From a bacterium (lineage in GTDB: Bacteria; SAR324; NAC60-12): a DNA stretch of 64,000 bases. The notes under the pieces are model-generated. The model made no database searches. It saw only the letters and a program-made list of their open reading frames with translations, and had not been told where the DNA came from. Of the stretch, positions 10,822-20,694 are shown in pieces. The stretch is from positions 288,001 through 352,000 of the forward strand of contig CBDDTI010000746.1 of assembly GCA_965233585.1 (NCBI GenBank). The letters run 5' to 3'. Both the position numbers and the translations under genes were made by a program. Position 1 is the stretch's first letter; the number at the start of each line of letters is the position of its first letter.

Positions 10822-11054
10822 CTGCTAAGGGGGGTCAAGTGAAGAAATTAGGAAAAAAGAGAGGTTGCGTGGCAAATCTGCAATGACGGGAAAAACGGGT
10901 AGGAATTGGAACACCTCGTCTTTCGGCTTGTTGCTGGCTTACCTCTGGTCATTGCGGGTATTGACCCGCAATCTCTCTTTTCTTTTTTAATTTTTGTCCC
11001 CTGCTTGCTCACAAAAACACCCTCAGCGTGAGAATTGAAACACTTCAAGTGCTG

Positions 11055-11798
11055 TCATTTGAGTTTTTGAGCAATTTTGAAATACAAGAAGTTGGGTAGG
11101 AGTTTGAGGAGTTTGAGGAAAAAGGTGAATCTTTTGGGAAAATGAATTTCAAAATGCTTTTGTTGTAGTTGTGTTGCAATGATGGTAGCTGCTTCTTGGG
11201 TTGAGAGTTGAGCAGGCATTTTGAAGTCATTTTTGGCAGTCAGGCGGGTTTCTACAAATCCGGGATTGATCAATTTGACATCTAAAAACTCTCCATATTC
11301 CGCGTTTAAACTTTCAGCAAGATTGATCAAAGCGGCTTTGGTGCAAGCATAAGGCTGTGCTTTTGCCAAACCCCGATACCCTGCCACGCTGCCACAAATC
11401 GCAATTTGTCCATGCCTTCCATTCACAAATGACGGAAGCACGGTTTGAATTGCATAAAACGCTCCCATCAAATTGACTTGAATTGTCTGCTCTATGTTCT
11501 GTTGAGTGACTTCTAGCAAAGGGCTTGGTTCATAAATTCCTGCCATGAAGACTAAACTGTCCAAAGTTTGCCAATGGGATTCAATAGTCTTCCATGCCTT
11601 CACAAGTTGCGAGGGCTGGGTGATGTCTAATTCTAATGCCAGATGTTTTTCAATTCCAATTTGCTGATGAATTTGAGCTAAAGCGGCTTGACTTCTGCCA
11701 GAAAGTGCCACTTGATGACCCTGCTGGGCAAGTTTTAAGGCAAGGGCATGTCCAATGCCATGACTTGCCCCGATGATCCAGAATTTTTTTGAAACCAT
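11055..11798 (-). CDS. Short-chain dehydrogenase/reductase
   Basis: IIGASHGIG, YACTK (YxxxK), INPGFVET. Confidence 0.9.
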   Translation of the reverse strand: MVSKKFWIIGASHGIGHALALKLAQQGHQVALSGRSQAALAQIHQQIGIEKHLALELDITQPSQLVKAWKTIESHWQTLDSLVFMAGIYEPSPLLEVTQQNIEQTIQVNLMGAFYAIQTVLPSFVNGRHGQIAICGSVAGYRGLAKAQPYACTKAALINLAESLNAEYGEFLDVKLINPGFVETRLTAKNDFKMPAQLSTQEAATIIATQLQQKHFEIHFPKRFTFFLKLLKLLPNFLYFKIAQKLK

Positions 11799-11846
11799 GA
11801 TTCAGATGATTCAATAGATAGCAATGATTGAATAGACAACTATACT

Positions 11847-13076
11847 TTAGAAAGGTTGCAAGATGAGGAATGTCTTTGACGTGCCTTCTTCAGAAAATCC
11901 AACATCAAAACGAATGACGACACTGGACATGATAGCACGGATGCCCACTCCATAATTAGTTTTTAAATTGTCCCACAGTTTTTCATAAAATTGCTCAACA
12001 TTGCCTTCTTCGTAAAAGTAGACAAATTGTAAAGCCTCCAAAGCATCATTAGAAAGTGCAAAGCCGTCCCCTGAAAGCCCAAAATCACCAATCCAAGAAT
12101 ATCGGTATTCTGCGGCATAATAAAGTGTGTGGAGGTCAGTAAACCGACGGTTTGGGTAGCCTCTCATTTGAATTGCCCCGCCCAAAGAGTTCCCCTCTCT
12201 TCTGCTGACAGGGACGTCTTCATTTTTGTTGATGACGGTAGAAAGGTAGTAGTTCATCGCTAATGTATGATTGCTATCTTCACTCCAAAACACAGGCAGG
12301 AATAAGCTGACTTCACGGCTGAAGATGTCAAATGACTCATCAGTTTCGTTTTTGTGCATAAAATTTCCACTTGGACGACGTTGGCTTAAAATGGTGATGG
12401 TTCTCAAGCCAAAACGGGAGTCAAAGCGGTCATCAGTTAAGTCAAGCTCAAAACGATAACGATACCCTGCGGCTTCTGTGATTGTGTCAGCTTCCGGAGA
12501 AGCCGGACCAGAACTGTCTGCTTGATTGCGAAGTTCTTCTTGAACACTTGGAATGTCTGCGGCTTCTTCGGGGGCAACACGGATATGATCGTTTGTGTAA
12601 TAAGTTTCATAAGAAAGTTTTGCGCGATCTACTCCAAAACGCATCTGTGTTTGGTACGCAATCAGTTTGAGTTCTCCATTGACGGGAAAGGGGTCATTGG
12701 GGGAGTCTGTGCCAACATCATAGACATCTAATTCTTTGAGGGCAATGTCTGTTCCTCCTCCAGATAACGTCATAGAAAACCAGCTTTCTTTGTCTCCTAA
12801 TAGAAAAATATCGTTAACAGCAACACCTTTGATGTGAAAATTCCCATTTTGAAAGCTGATGCCTGCTATGTCTGTTCCTGAATCAAAAATATTGGCAACA
12901 CCAAACACCCCCCCATATAACTCACCGATTCCTTCAACGAACACAAACCAAGGTAAAATATAATAAGCATTCGCTCTGCTTCCTTCTTGCTCTCTCCTTC
13001 TTTCAATGGTGTAAGGATTAGCAAAAACTGAATCCACAATCAAAAACGAAATGATGAAATAAAATATCTTTTTCAT
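11847..13076 (-). CDS. Omp85/BamA-TamA-like outer-membrane beta-barrel protein
   Basis: Signal peptide, LGGAIQMRGYPNRRF, NYGVGIR, IRFDVGFSEEG, terminal Phe. Confidence 0.7.
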   Translation of the reverse strand: MKKIFYFIISFLIVDSVFANPYTIERRREQEGSRANAYYILPWFVFVEGIGELYGGVFGVANIFDSGTDIAGISFQNGNFHIKGVAVNDIFLLGDKESWFSMTLSGGGTDIALKELDVYDVGTDSPNDPFPVNGELKLIAYQTQMRFGVDRAKLSYETYYTNDHIRVAPEEAADIPSVQEELRNQADSSGPASPEADTITEAAGYRYRFELDLTDDRFDSRFGLRTITILSQRRPSGNFMHKNETDESFDIFSREVSLFLPVFWSEDSNHTLAMNYYLSTVINKNEDVPVSRREGNSLGGAIQMRGYPNRRFTDLHTLYYAAEYRYSWIGDFGLSGDGFALSNDALEALQFVYFYEEGNVEQFYEKLWDNLKTNYGVGIRAIMSSVVIRFDVGFSEEGTSKTFLILQPF

Positions 13077-13183
13077 AAAATTTACCTGCCTTTGACGAAT
13101 GATTAAAAAAGACTTTATATTTTAAAATAAAAAGAAAAAGGCTGTCAAATAAAAACAAATAAAAATATTTTTGATAGAAATTT

Positions 13184-13915
13184 TTAGGAGTGCTGTGATT
13201 TGGTGCTTTGTTTCTTTCCCCAATGAATGACGCCTGCACCGAACCAAAATTTTTGAACCTTCACTTGACAAAGTCCCATTTGGTTTAAGAGAGCAGATAC
13301 TTTTTTGGGAGGGGGGAAATCTTTGGCGGAGTGTGGAAGATAGCGAAATGCCTCATTTTTTGAACCCAGCAATTTTCCAAGCAGGGGGGCAAAGGTAAAA
13401 AAGACAACATGTGCAACTTGCTTGAAAAGAGGCCAAGTGACCTGACCTGTTTCAAGTGAGACAAATGTGCCATGAGGTTTCAGCACTCTGAGAATCTCGT
13501 AGAGTCCTGTTTGAAGGTTGGCAAAGTTACGTAAGCCATAACTGACTGTCACAACGTCAAAGGTTTGGTCTGCAAAAGGGAGCTGAAGGGCATCACCTTG
13601 TAGCCAGCAGATTTGCTGATTTGTTGCCTTGCGTTGATTGGCGTGCCAAAGCATTTGAGCAGAAAAGTCAAGGGCGTACACTTTAGAAAAATGTTGGCTC
13701 AATGAAAAAGCCACGTCGCCTGTCCCACAACATAAATCAAGGCATGTTGCATCTTGAGCAGGCAGACACTTTTTGACCAGCATGTACTTCCAATAACGAT
13801 GAATGCCCAACGTCAACCAATCGTTAAACCGATCATAAATGGGAGCAATCTGGTCAAATTGTTGATGGACGTAGCGAGCTTTTTGCTCTTGGGAGGGGAG
13901 CTGGTAGCGGCTCAT
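13184..13915 (-). CDS. ubiE: UbiE/MenG family C-methyltransferase
   Basis: YDRFNDWLTLGIHRYWK, LDLCCGTGD, GDALQLPFADQTFD, YGLRN, RVLKPHG. Confidence 0.88.
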   Translation of the reverse strand: MSRYQLPSQEQKARYVHQQFDQIAPIYDRFNDWLTLGIHRYWKYMLVKKCLPAQDATCLDLCCGTGDVAFSLSQHFSKVYALDFSAQMLWHANQRKATNQQICWLQGDALQLPFADQTFDVVTVSYGLRNFANLQTGLYEILRVLKPHGTFVSLETGQVTWPLFKQVAHVVFFTFAPLLGKLLGSKNEAFRYLPHSAKDFPPPKKVSALLNQMGLCQVKVQKFWFGAGVIHWGKKQSTKSQHS

Positions 13916-13924
13916 TGACCCAAC

Positions 13925-14971
13925 TTAAAACTGATTTTCAGGTCGTAATTTTCTCAACTGACGACCTGCTTGCCACATTTCTTGATTGTTGATTTCTTCA
14001 AGTTCTTTTTGCAGTCTTTCATGGTAGTCTGGTCTTGAATTTGACTGAATAGCAGCTTGGGCTTCTTTGCCTTCTACAACACTTTTGTAGCATTCTTGGA
14101 CGACTGGCTTAATGGCTTGGTGAAATTTTGGCGCCCAGTCCAATGCCCCACGCCTCGCTGTTGTTGAGCAGTTCGCATACATCCAGTCCATACCTTGTTG
14201 GGAAATGAGAGGATAAAGACTTTCTAGCGCCTCCTCAATCGTTTCGTTATATGCTTCAGAGGGGGAATGTCCATTTTCTCGTAATACTTCATATTGAGCT
14301 AAAAATGCACCTTGAATCATTCCCATCAAAACGCATCGCTCACCTGTCAAATCGCTGTGGACTTCACGTTCAAAAGTGGTTTCAAACAAATGTCCTGACC
14401 CAATGGCAAACGCCATGGCAAGAGTGCGTTCTTTGGCACGACCCGTAAAGTCTTGATGCACCGCCCATGAAGAATTAATGCCACGACCTTCCTCAAAATG
14501 AGTGCGTACGGTTAAACCACTGCCTTTGGGAGCAACCAAAATGACGTCAACATTTTCAGGGGGAATGATGCCAGTGTGTTCGTGAAAGACCACGCCAAAA
14601 CCATGTGAAAAATACAAAGCATCACCTTCGTTCAAACATTTTTTAATTTCAGACCATGCCTCAATTTGTCCTGCATCGGAAAGCAAGAATTGAACGATGG
14701 TTGCTCCGCGTGCCGCCTCCTCTATTTCAAACAAGGTCTCTCCTTCTACCCAGCCTTCTTCTTTGGCTTTTTCCCAGCTACGACCTTGACGTGTTCCAAC
14801 AATCACTTTGACTCCTTGGTCCCGTAAATTCAAGGCTTGACCTCTGCCTTGAGAACCATACCCCAAAACAGCTGTTGTCTCGTCTTGCAGAATCGCTTTA
14901 CAACGGTCTAGTGGATAGTCTGATCTTTCAATGATGATTTCTTCAGAGTGATTGATTGTGACCTTTTTCAT
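13925..14971 (-). CDS. ilvC: Ketol-acid reductoisomerase
   Basis: LGYGSQGRGQALNLRD, FSHGF, VAPKGSG, SDLTGERCVLMG, CSTTARRGALDW; start MKKVT has an RBS. Confidence 0.95.
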   Translation of the reverse strand: MKKVTINHSEEIIIERSDYPLDRCKAILQDETTAVLGYGSQGRGQALNLRDQGVKVIVGTRQGRSWEKAKEEGWVEGETLFEIEEAARGATIVQFLLSDAGQIEAWSEIKKCLNEGDALYFSHGFGVVFHEHTGIIPPENVDVILVAPKGSGLTVRTHFEEGRGINSSWAVHQDFTGRAKERTLAMAFAIGSGHLFETTFEREVHSDLTGERCVLMGMIQGAFLAQYEVLRENGHSPSEAYNETIEEALESLYPLISQQGMDWMYANCSTTARRGALDWAPKFHQAIKPVVQECYKSVVEGKEAQAAIQSNSRPDYHERLQKELEEINNQEMWQAGRQLRKLRPENQF

Positions 14972-15234
14972 AACTTGTTCCTTTGGTGAATAGATAATCA
15001 AACGCCTAAATTCATAAAATTCAGGCAAAGCCTGCCATTATATCCTATATTCCTGTTTTGAAACAAATTGAAAACAAAATCCTGTTCGTTTTAGGTCGTT
15101 TTTTTAGAATACCAAACTTATCACGCACCCATGAGGACTCTACTTACAAACCTAAAGGCAGAAATTTTTTAATTACTTTAAATTTGCGTTAGCAATAATC
15201 TCTTGTGCCTTTCGCCTTTCCAACTCATCGGCAA

Positions 15235-15440
15235 TCAAGGTATGGATTCGGAGCTTTCGCAGGAATGACTAAGAAGGGGACAAGAATGACCAAACACAAC
15301 CCAGCAAACTCTCCTGTCATTCCCCACTTGATGCGGAATCCATCAGCAGTTAGAGGATAGATTCCTGCTTCCGCAGGAATGACCAAATGCAACACAGCCA
15401 AACCCTCCTGTCATTCCGTGCTTGACACGGAATCTCAAAA
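15235..15440. repeat. REP-like hairpin cluster
   Basis: gattcctgcttccgcaggaatgac, gtcattccccacttgatgcggaatcc, gtcattccgtgcttgacacggaatct. Confidence 0.8.
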
Positions 15441-15444
15441 AACA

Positions 15445-16839
15445 CTACTTCCCAAACCTGATTAGAAACATGTCATTTTCTCCTGAATTGGCGTGTCCAT
15501 CAAAGTTGCCATAAGAGCTTCCTGTGACATAAACACTTCCCGCGGAATCCACACTCACTGCGTATCCGTCATCCTTATTGATGCTACCAAACAATTTAGA
15601 CCACTTCTTGTTGCCAGAACCATCATACTTGACTAAAAACATGTCTCTTTCTCCTGAATTGATGTGTCCATCAAAATCTGCCCAAGAGCCTCCTGTGACA
15701 TAGATATTTCCTGCAGAATCCACACTCACATCATTTCCCCAATCGTTGTTGCTAGTGCCGAGCCGTTTAAACCACTGCTTGATGCCTGAGCTGTCATACT
15801 TCAGCAAAAACATGTCTCCTCCTCCTGATTTGCTGTATCCAAAGAGTCCTGTGACATAGATATTTCCTGCAGAATCCACACTTATTCCTTCCCCTCCATC
15901 GTAACCTCCACTGCCAAGCAGTTGAGACCACTGCTTCACTCCTGAAGAAGAATACTTGACTAAAAACATGTCTCTTTCTCCTGAGTTGGTGTGTCCATCA
16001 AAATTTCCATAAGAGCTTCCTGTGACGTAAACATTCCCTGTAGAATCCACACTTACATCTTTTCCCCAATCATCACTGCTAGTGCCAAGCAGTTGAGACC
16101 ATTGCTGGTTGCCAGAGCTATCATACTTGACTAAAAACATGTTGCCACCATACTGTCCTGTGACGTGAACATTTCCAGCTGAACCTACACTCACTCCGTA
16201 TCCTACATCAGAACTGTCAGTGCCAAGCAGTTGAGACCACTGCTTATTGCCTGAACTGTCATACTTGACTAAAAACACGTCATGTTCTCCCGAATTGGTG
16301 TACCCATCAAAGTCTCCACCAAAGTATCCTGCGACGTAAACATTCCCTGCAGAATCCACACTTATTCCTTCCCCTTCATCGTAACCTCCACTGCCAAGCA
16401 GTTGAGACCACTGCTTCACTCCTGAGGAAGAGTACTTAATCAAAAACATGTCGCCATATCCTGAATTGACGTGTTTATCAAAATCTCCTTCAGAAGTTCC
16501 CGTGACGTAAACATTCCCTGCAGAATCCACACCTACATCGTCTCCCCAATCGTTGTTGCTAGTGCCAAGCAACTTAGACCATTTTTTGGTGAGCGGAACA
16601 TCATCTTTGTTTTCTTCTTCGTTGTCAGAAGAACTCCCACCACCAGACGAGCTACCATCATTTGCACAAGCAGAAATCACAAAAAATGTCAGCGGAATCA
16701 GAAAAATTTTGAGGGGGTGAGATTTGATTATGCGAAGAAAATTTTTGACAAAAAAGCAAAAAATTTGTGATTTTTGCGTTGATTTTTGAAAAAGCTGATT
16801 TAGCCTATATGGGTTGCGGATTGCGGATAAATTTTCCAT
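15445..16839 (-). CDS. SBBP-type beta-propeller repeat lipoprotein
   Basis: Lipobox ISAC, Gly/Ser linker, seven repeats of about 56 aa (VSVDSAGNVYVTG...DMFLVKYDSSG..QWSQLLGT). Confidence 0.88.
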   Translation of the reverse strand: MENLSAIRNPYRLNQLFQKSTQKSQIFCFFVKNFLRIIKSHPLKIFLIPLTFFVISACANDGSSSGGGSSSDNEEENKDDVPLTKKWSKLLGTSNNDWGDDVGVDSAGNVYVTGTSEGDFDKHVNSGYGDMFLIKYSSSGVKQWSQLLGSGGYDEGEGISVDSAGNVYVAGYFGGDFDGYTNSGEHDVFLVKYDSSGNKQWSQLLGTDSSDVGYGVSVGSAGNVHVTGQYGGNMFLVKYDSSGNQQWSQLLGTSSDDWGKDVSVDSTGNVYVTGSSYGNFDGHTNSGERDMFLVKYSSSGVKQWSQLLGSGGYDGGEGISVDSAGNIYVTGLFGYSKSGGGDMFLLKYDSSGIKQWFKRLGTSNNDWGNDVSVDSAGNIYVTGGSWADFDGHINSGERDMFLVKYDGSGNKKWSKLFGSINKDDGYAVSVDSAGSVYVTGSSYGNFDGHANSGENDMFLIRFGK

Positions 16840-17171
16840 GTTGTTACCTTTTTTAGAGTTCATAAAAAGATGCTATTTAGACCATCATCTCAAATAGCTA
16901 GAAAAGAAGTGAGGGATTTTAGCTGAGTCAAAAATGAAATGCAAGCACTTTTTTACAAAATTCATAAAAAATGGAGTGATTGAAAAAATTGCAATGGCAT
17001 TGGTCTGAATGCTGTTTTCTGACAAAGGTTGCAGAGGTTTCTACTTGAAAACCAAGAAGCACGAGTTTTTCCAATGCTTGAATTTGTCTGGATTTTTGTT
17101 GCATTTATGATAGCCTAATGGGTTTTGTCCAGTTTTAGACGAGTTGGACAAAGCAGAACTTTTGATAATTT

Positions 17172-18953
17172 ATGAAAGAAATTAGAAACATTGCAATCAT
17201 CGCACACGTAGATCACGGAAAAACGACATTAGTTGACCAAATGTTCCGTCAAAGTGGTGTGTTTAGACAAAACCAAACTATTGATGAACGTGTCATGGAT
17301 TCTATGGATTTGGAACGAGAACGTGGAATCACCATTGCGGCAAAAAACTGTTCCGTCAGTTGGCAAAGCGTCAAGATTAACATTCTTGACACTCCCGGAC
17401 ATGCAGATTTTGGGGGAGAAGTAGAACGTGCATTGATGATGGTAGATGGTGCTATCTTGCTAGTAGATGCCTCTGAAGGTCCTTTGCCCCAAACACGCTT
17501 TGTCTTGAAAAAAGCACTTGAGCAAAAATTAAGCATCATTGTTGTCATCAATAAAATAGACAGGTCTGATGCACAAATCCAGCATGTCTTAAATCAAGTT
17601 TATGACTTGTTCATTGACCTTGATGCAACAGAAGAACAACTGGAGTTCCCAGTCCTCTACGCCATTGGACGACATGGCGTTGCGAAACATGAGATTGACA
17701 GTGAGTCTGAAAACTTGATTCCTCTGTTTGAAACGATTTTGCAAGCCATTCCTGCACCACAACATGACCCCAGTGAACCCTTTCAAATGCTGGTGACCGA
17801 TTTGGATTATTCTGATTATCTTGGACAGCTTGCCATTGGTCGGGTCTCTCATGGTTCTGTTCAAAAAAATGAAAACCTGATTCGTGTTGACGAACATCAG
17901 CAAAGCCACACCTTGCGGGCAACTAAACTGCAGGTTTATCAAGGTTTGGATATGGCAGAAGTAGAAAGAGTCAGCCCGGGAGATATTTTGATTCTTGCAG
18001 GACTTCAGAGTGTCAAAATTGGGGACACCATTTGCACCAAAGAAAACCCAAAAATTTTAGAACGAGTTGTCGTTGATGAGCCAACAATTTCCATGTGCAT
18101 TTATACAAATACTTCCCCCCTAGCAGGACGAGAAGGCTCAATCGTGCAAGGTAATAAGATCAAAGACAGGCTGTTTAAAGAGACGTTAAGCAACGTGGCA
18201 TTACAGGTGGAAGAGACAGACAACTCCGAACGTTTCATTGTCAAAGGTCGTGGTGAGCTTCAAATGGCTGTCTTGGTAGAAACGATGAGGCGTGAGGGAT
18301 TTGAGCTTGCAGTAGGACGCCCTGAAGTGATTTTTAAAAATGAAAATGGCATCACACTAGAACCAATAGAATCCGTTTATATTGATTGTGAAGAGGGGTT
18401 TTTGGGTGTGATTTCAGAAAAACTGGCACAGCGGAAAGGGAAAATGGTCAACTTAGTCAATCATGGTACAGGACGCATCAATGCAGAATTTAACGTCCCC
18501 TCTCGTGGACTGATAGGCTATCGCAACGAATTTTTAACAGACACAAGAGGCACAGGGATTCTCAACGCTTCTCTTTTAGGATATGAGCCGTATCGTGGTG
18601 ATTTCCCTTCACGTTTCACAGGGTCTATTGTTGCAGACCGTCAAGGGTCAGCTGTGGCTTATGCGTTGTTTAACTTGTTGCCAAGAGGGGCATTGTTTAT
18701 TTCACCGGGCGAGCAAGTCTATCAAGGCATGGTCGTTGGAGAACATAACCGAGACTCTGATTTGTCAGTCAACCCTTGCAAGGAAAAAAAGCTCTCCAAC
18801 GTCCGTGCTTCTGGTAAAGATGAGGCAGTGACGCTCACCCCTGTTGTACCGATGACTCTGGAACGTGCGATTGAATTTATACGTGAGGGAGAGATTGTTG
18901 AGGTAACCCCTAAAAACATCAGGATTAGAAAAATGGTGTTAAAAGCCAGTTAG
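17172..18953 (+). CDS. typA: Translational GTPase TypA/BipA
   Basis: IAHVDHGKTT, DTPGHADFGGEVER, NKID, GRGELQ, EVTPKNIRIRK. Confidence 0.97.
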   Translation: MKEIRNIAIIAHVDHGKTTLVDQMFRQSGVFRQNQTIDERVMDSMDLERERGITIAAKNCSVSWQSVKINILDTPGHADFGGEVERALMMVDGAILLVDASEGPLPQTRFVLKKALEQKLSIIVVINKIDRSDAQIQHVLNQVYDLFIDLDATEEQLEFPVLYAIGRHGVAKHEIDSESENLIPLFETILQAIPAPQHDPSEPFQMLVTDLDYSDYLGQLAIGRVSHGSVQKNENLIRVDEHQQSHTLRATKLQVYQGLDMAEVERVSPGDILILAGLQSVKIGDTICTKENPKILERVVVDEPTISMCIYTNTSPLAGREGSIVQGNKIKDRLFKETLSNVALQVEETDNSERFIVKGRGELQMAVLVETMRREGFELAVGRPEVIFKNENGITLEPIESVYIDCEEGFLGVISEKLAQRKGKMVNLVNHGTGRINAEFNVPSRGLIGYRNEFLTDTRGTGILNASLLGYEPYRGDFPSRFTGSIVADRQGSAVAYALFNLLPRGALFISPGEQVYQGMVVGEHNRDSDLSVNPCKEKKLSNVRASGKDEAVTLTPVVPMTLERAIEFIREGEIVEVTPKNIRIRKMVLKAS

Positions 18954-19558
18954 AACTTTAGCACTTCATCAAACATGGCATTGTCCAACGATGTTGGTGC
19001 AAAGACAACCAATGTCTTGAATGGACTAGGAAAGCATTTTTGAAGAAAATTGATGGCGGGGCAAGCTAAATGCGGGGCAAGTGTGGAGTCAAGCAAAACC
19101 AAATCCACCTTTGCCAACGCCAATGCCAAGACCAAAAAATCGTGAAGATTTTCCCTTGAAAGCATTTTAAGTTTTTGTTTTTGAATTACAGGGGTCAGTT
19201 GGAGATGTTCCATCAGAAGACGTTGAGAACAGAGACGACCCCCGAACCAGACTTTGCTTTGAAATAAAAGTGATTGCAAATGGTCTTTCATCGTGTTTTC
19301 AAAATCTAAACGTTGGTAGATTTGAGTGTTTGAAATGGTTGACACAAATTGCAGTTCTTCAATCCAACCGCTGGTGGGCTTCAACTCCCTTAAAAATATC
19401 TTTTGTAAAACTCTTATCTGTTCAGGATTTGCAGAAAGTAAGAGGCACTGCCCCCGTTTAACAGACAGGTCAAAGGCAGGAAATTCGTCTTGTTCCAAAC
19501 CATACGTCACATGATGAAATGTCAACAAATTTTTCACTAAAGTTTGAAGTTCGGTCAT
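18950..19558 (-). CDS. Hypothetical protein with degenerate ABC-ATPase-like features
   Basis: FDLSVKRGQCLLL and LKPTSGWI resemble an ABC N-terminus, DLVLLD resembles Walker B, but there is no intact Walker A; start uncertain. Confidence 0.45.
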   Translation of the reverse strand: MTELQTLVKNLLTFHHVTYGLEQDEFPAFDLSVKRGQCLLLSANPEQIRVLQKIFLRELKPTSGWIEELQFVSTISNTQIYQRLDFENTMKDHLQSLLFQSKVWFGGRLCSQRLLMEHLQLTPVIQKQKLKMLSRENLHDFLVLALALAKVDLVLLDSTLAPHLACPAINFLQKCFPSPFKTLVVFAPTSLDNAMFDEVLKF

Positions 19559-20004
19559 TAGAGCAAACTGCACAAATTGGATATGCAATAGGTCAAGCAT
19601 TGTTTGGTGGGTCTGCCATTGCTTTATCTGGTGAGATGGGGTCTGGCAAGACAACACTTTGTAAAAGCATTTGTCATGGTTTAGGAGTCAATCCTGATGA
19701 TGTGATTTCTCCAACTTACACTTTGGTCAATGCTTACTCTGGTCAACTGCCGATTTTGCATGTTGACCTTTACAGAATAGAATTGCAAGAAGATTTGTCT
19801 GCTTACGATTTAGAAGATTTGATTTGCTTTGATGGGGTGACATTGGTGGAGTGGGCAGATTTTCTACTTGATGAACTAGAAGAATTGGCATTGCTACATC
19901 TCCAAATTGCCGCTTCCTCCGAAATGCAACGAACTTTGATTTGTTCTACAACAAATCAAGACATGCAAAAGGTTTTACAAGCTCTGCAAAAGATTCATTT
20001 TTAA
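19519..20004 (+). CDS. tsaE: t6A biosynthesis ATPase TsaE
   Basis: GEMGSGKTT, VISPTYTLVNAY, HVDLYR, LVEWA. Confidence 0.93.
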   Translation: MSTNFSLKFEVRSLEQTAQIGYAIGQALFGGSAIALSGEMGSGKTTLCKSICHGLGVNPDDVISPTYTLVNAYSGQLPILHVDLYRIELQEDLSAYDLEDLICFDGVTLVEWADFLLDELEELALLHLQIAASSEMQRTLICSTTNQDMQKVLQALQKIHF

Positions 20005-20007
20005 ACG

Positions 20008-20673
20008 ATGCTGTCTGCTTTTCTGCTGAACTCTGCCTTGGGATTCATTCACATTGTGCTAGTCAAGCATGACCAAGTGGTTTGGAGTGAACAGCAACCG
20101 AGTACCAAAGAAACCGACCGATTGATTTTTCATCAAATTGATGAGGCTTTAAGGCAAAGCCAGTTGACTTTGCAAGACTTTGATTATTATGCGGTGGTAC
20201 AAGGGCCGGGTTCGTATGCAGGGATTCGGATTGGGTTTTCAGTCATCAAAACCTTTGCCATGATGTTCCAAAAACCTTTGATAGGCTTGCAATCCCTTGA
20301 CTTGTTGGCATCACATTATCAAGAATCCTCGTTTGATGTGCTATTAAATTGTGCAAGGTCGGAAGTGTTTCATGCCAAGTATCAACAACATGACGGGCAG
20401 GCAGTTGCTATGTCTCAAACACAAATGACCACTCTTGAAAAACTTCCTTGCGAACTATTAGAAAATCCTGTTGCACTGTACCGCATGCCTTCTGCCTCTC
20501 GGCGATTTGACTCCCTTTTTAACTCCGTTGTCTCGCTGACGCCTCATCAAACCATCACTAACGATCAACTTTTTTTCAAACTGGCACAAGCAACTTATGA
20601 CCAAGCCAAGCAAGTAGGCTTTCCTGACATTCAACCGATTTATTTGAAAAAAGAAGTAGATTGGAAAAAATGA
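20008..20673 (+). CDS. tsaB: t6A biosynthesis protein TsaB
   Basis: VVQGPGSYAGIRIG, IGLQSLDLLA, ARSEVF, QPIYLK; follows tsaE. Confidence 0.85.
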   Translation: MLSAFLLNSALGFIHIVLVKHDQVVWSEQQPSTKETDRLIFHQIDEALRQSQLTLQDFDYYAVVQGPGSYAGIRIGFSVIKTFAMMFQKPLIGLQSLDLLASHYQESSFDVLLNCARSEVFHAKYQQHDGQAVAMSQTQMTTLEKLPCELLENPVALYRMPSASRRFDSLFNSVVSLTPHQTITNDQLFFKLAQATYDQAKQVGFPDIQPIYLKKEVDWKK

Positions 20674-20694
20674 TGATGAGGCGTGGGCAGTCGT

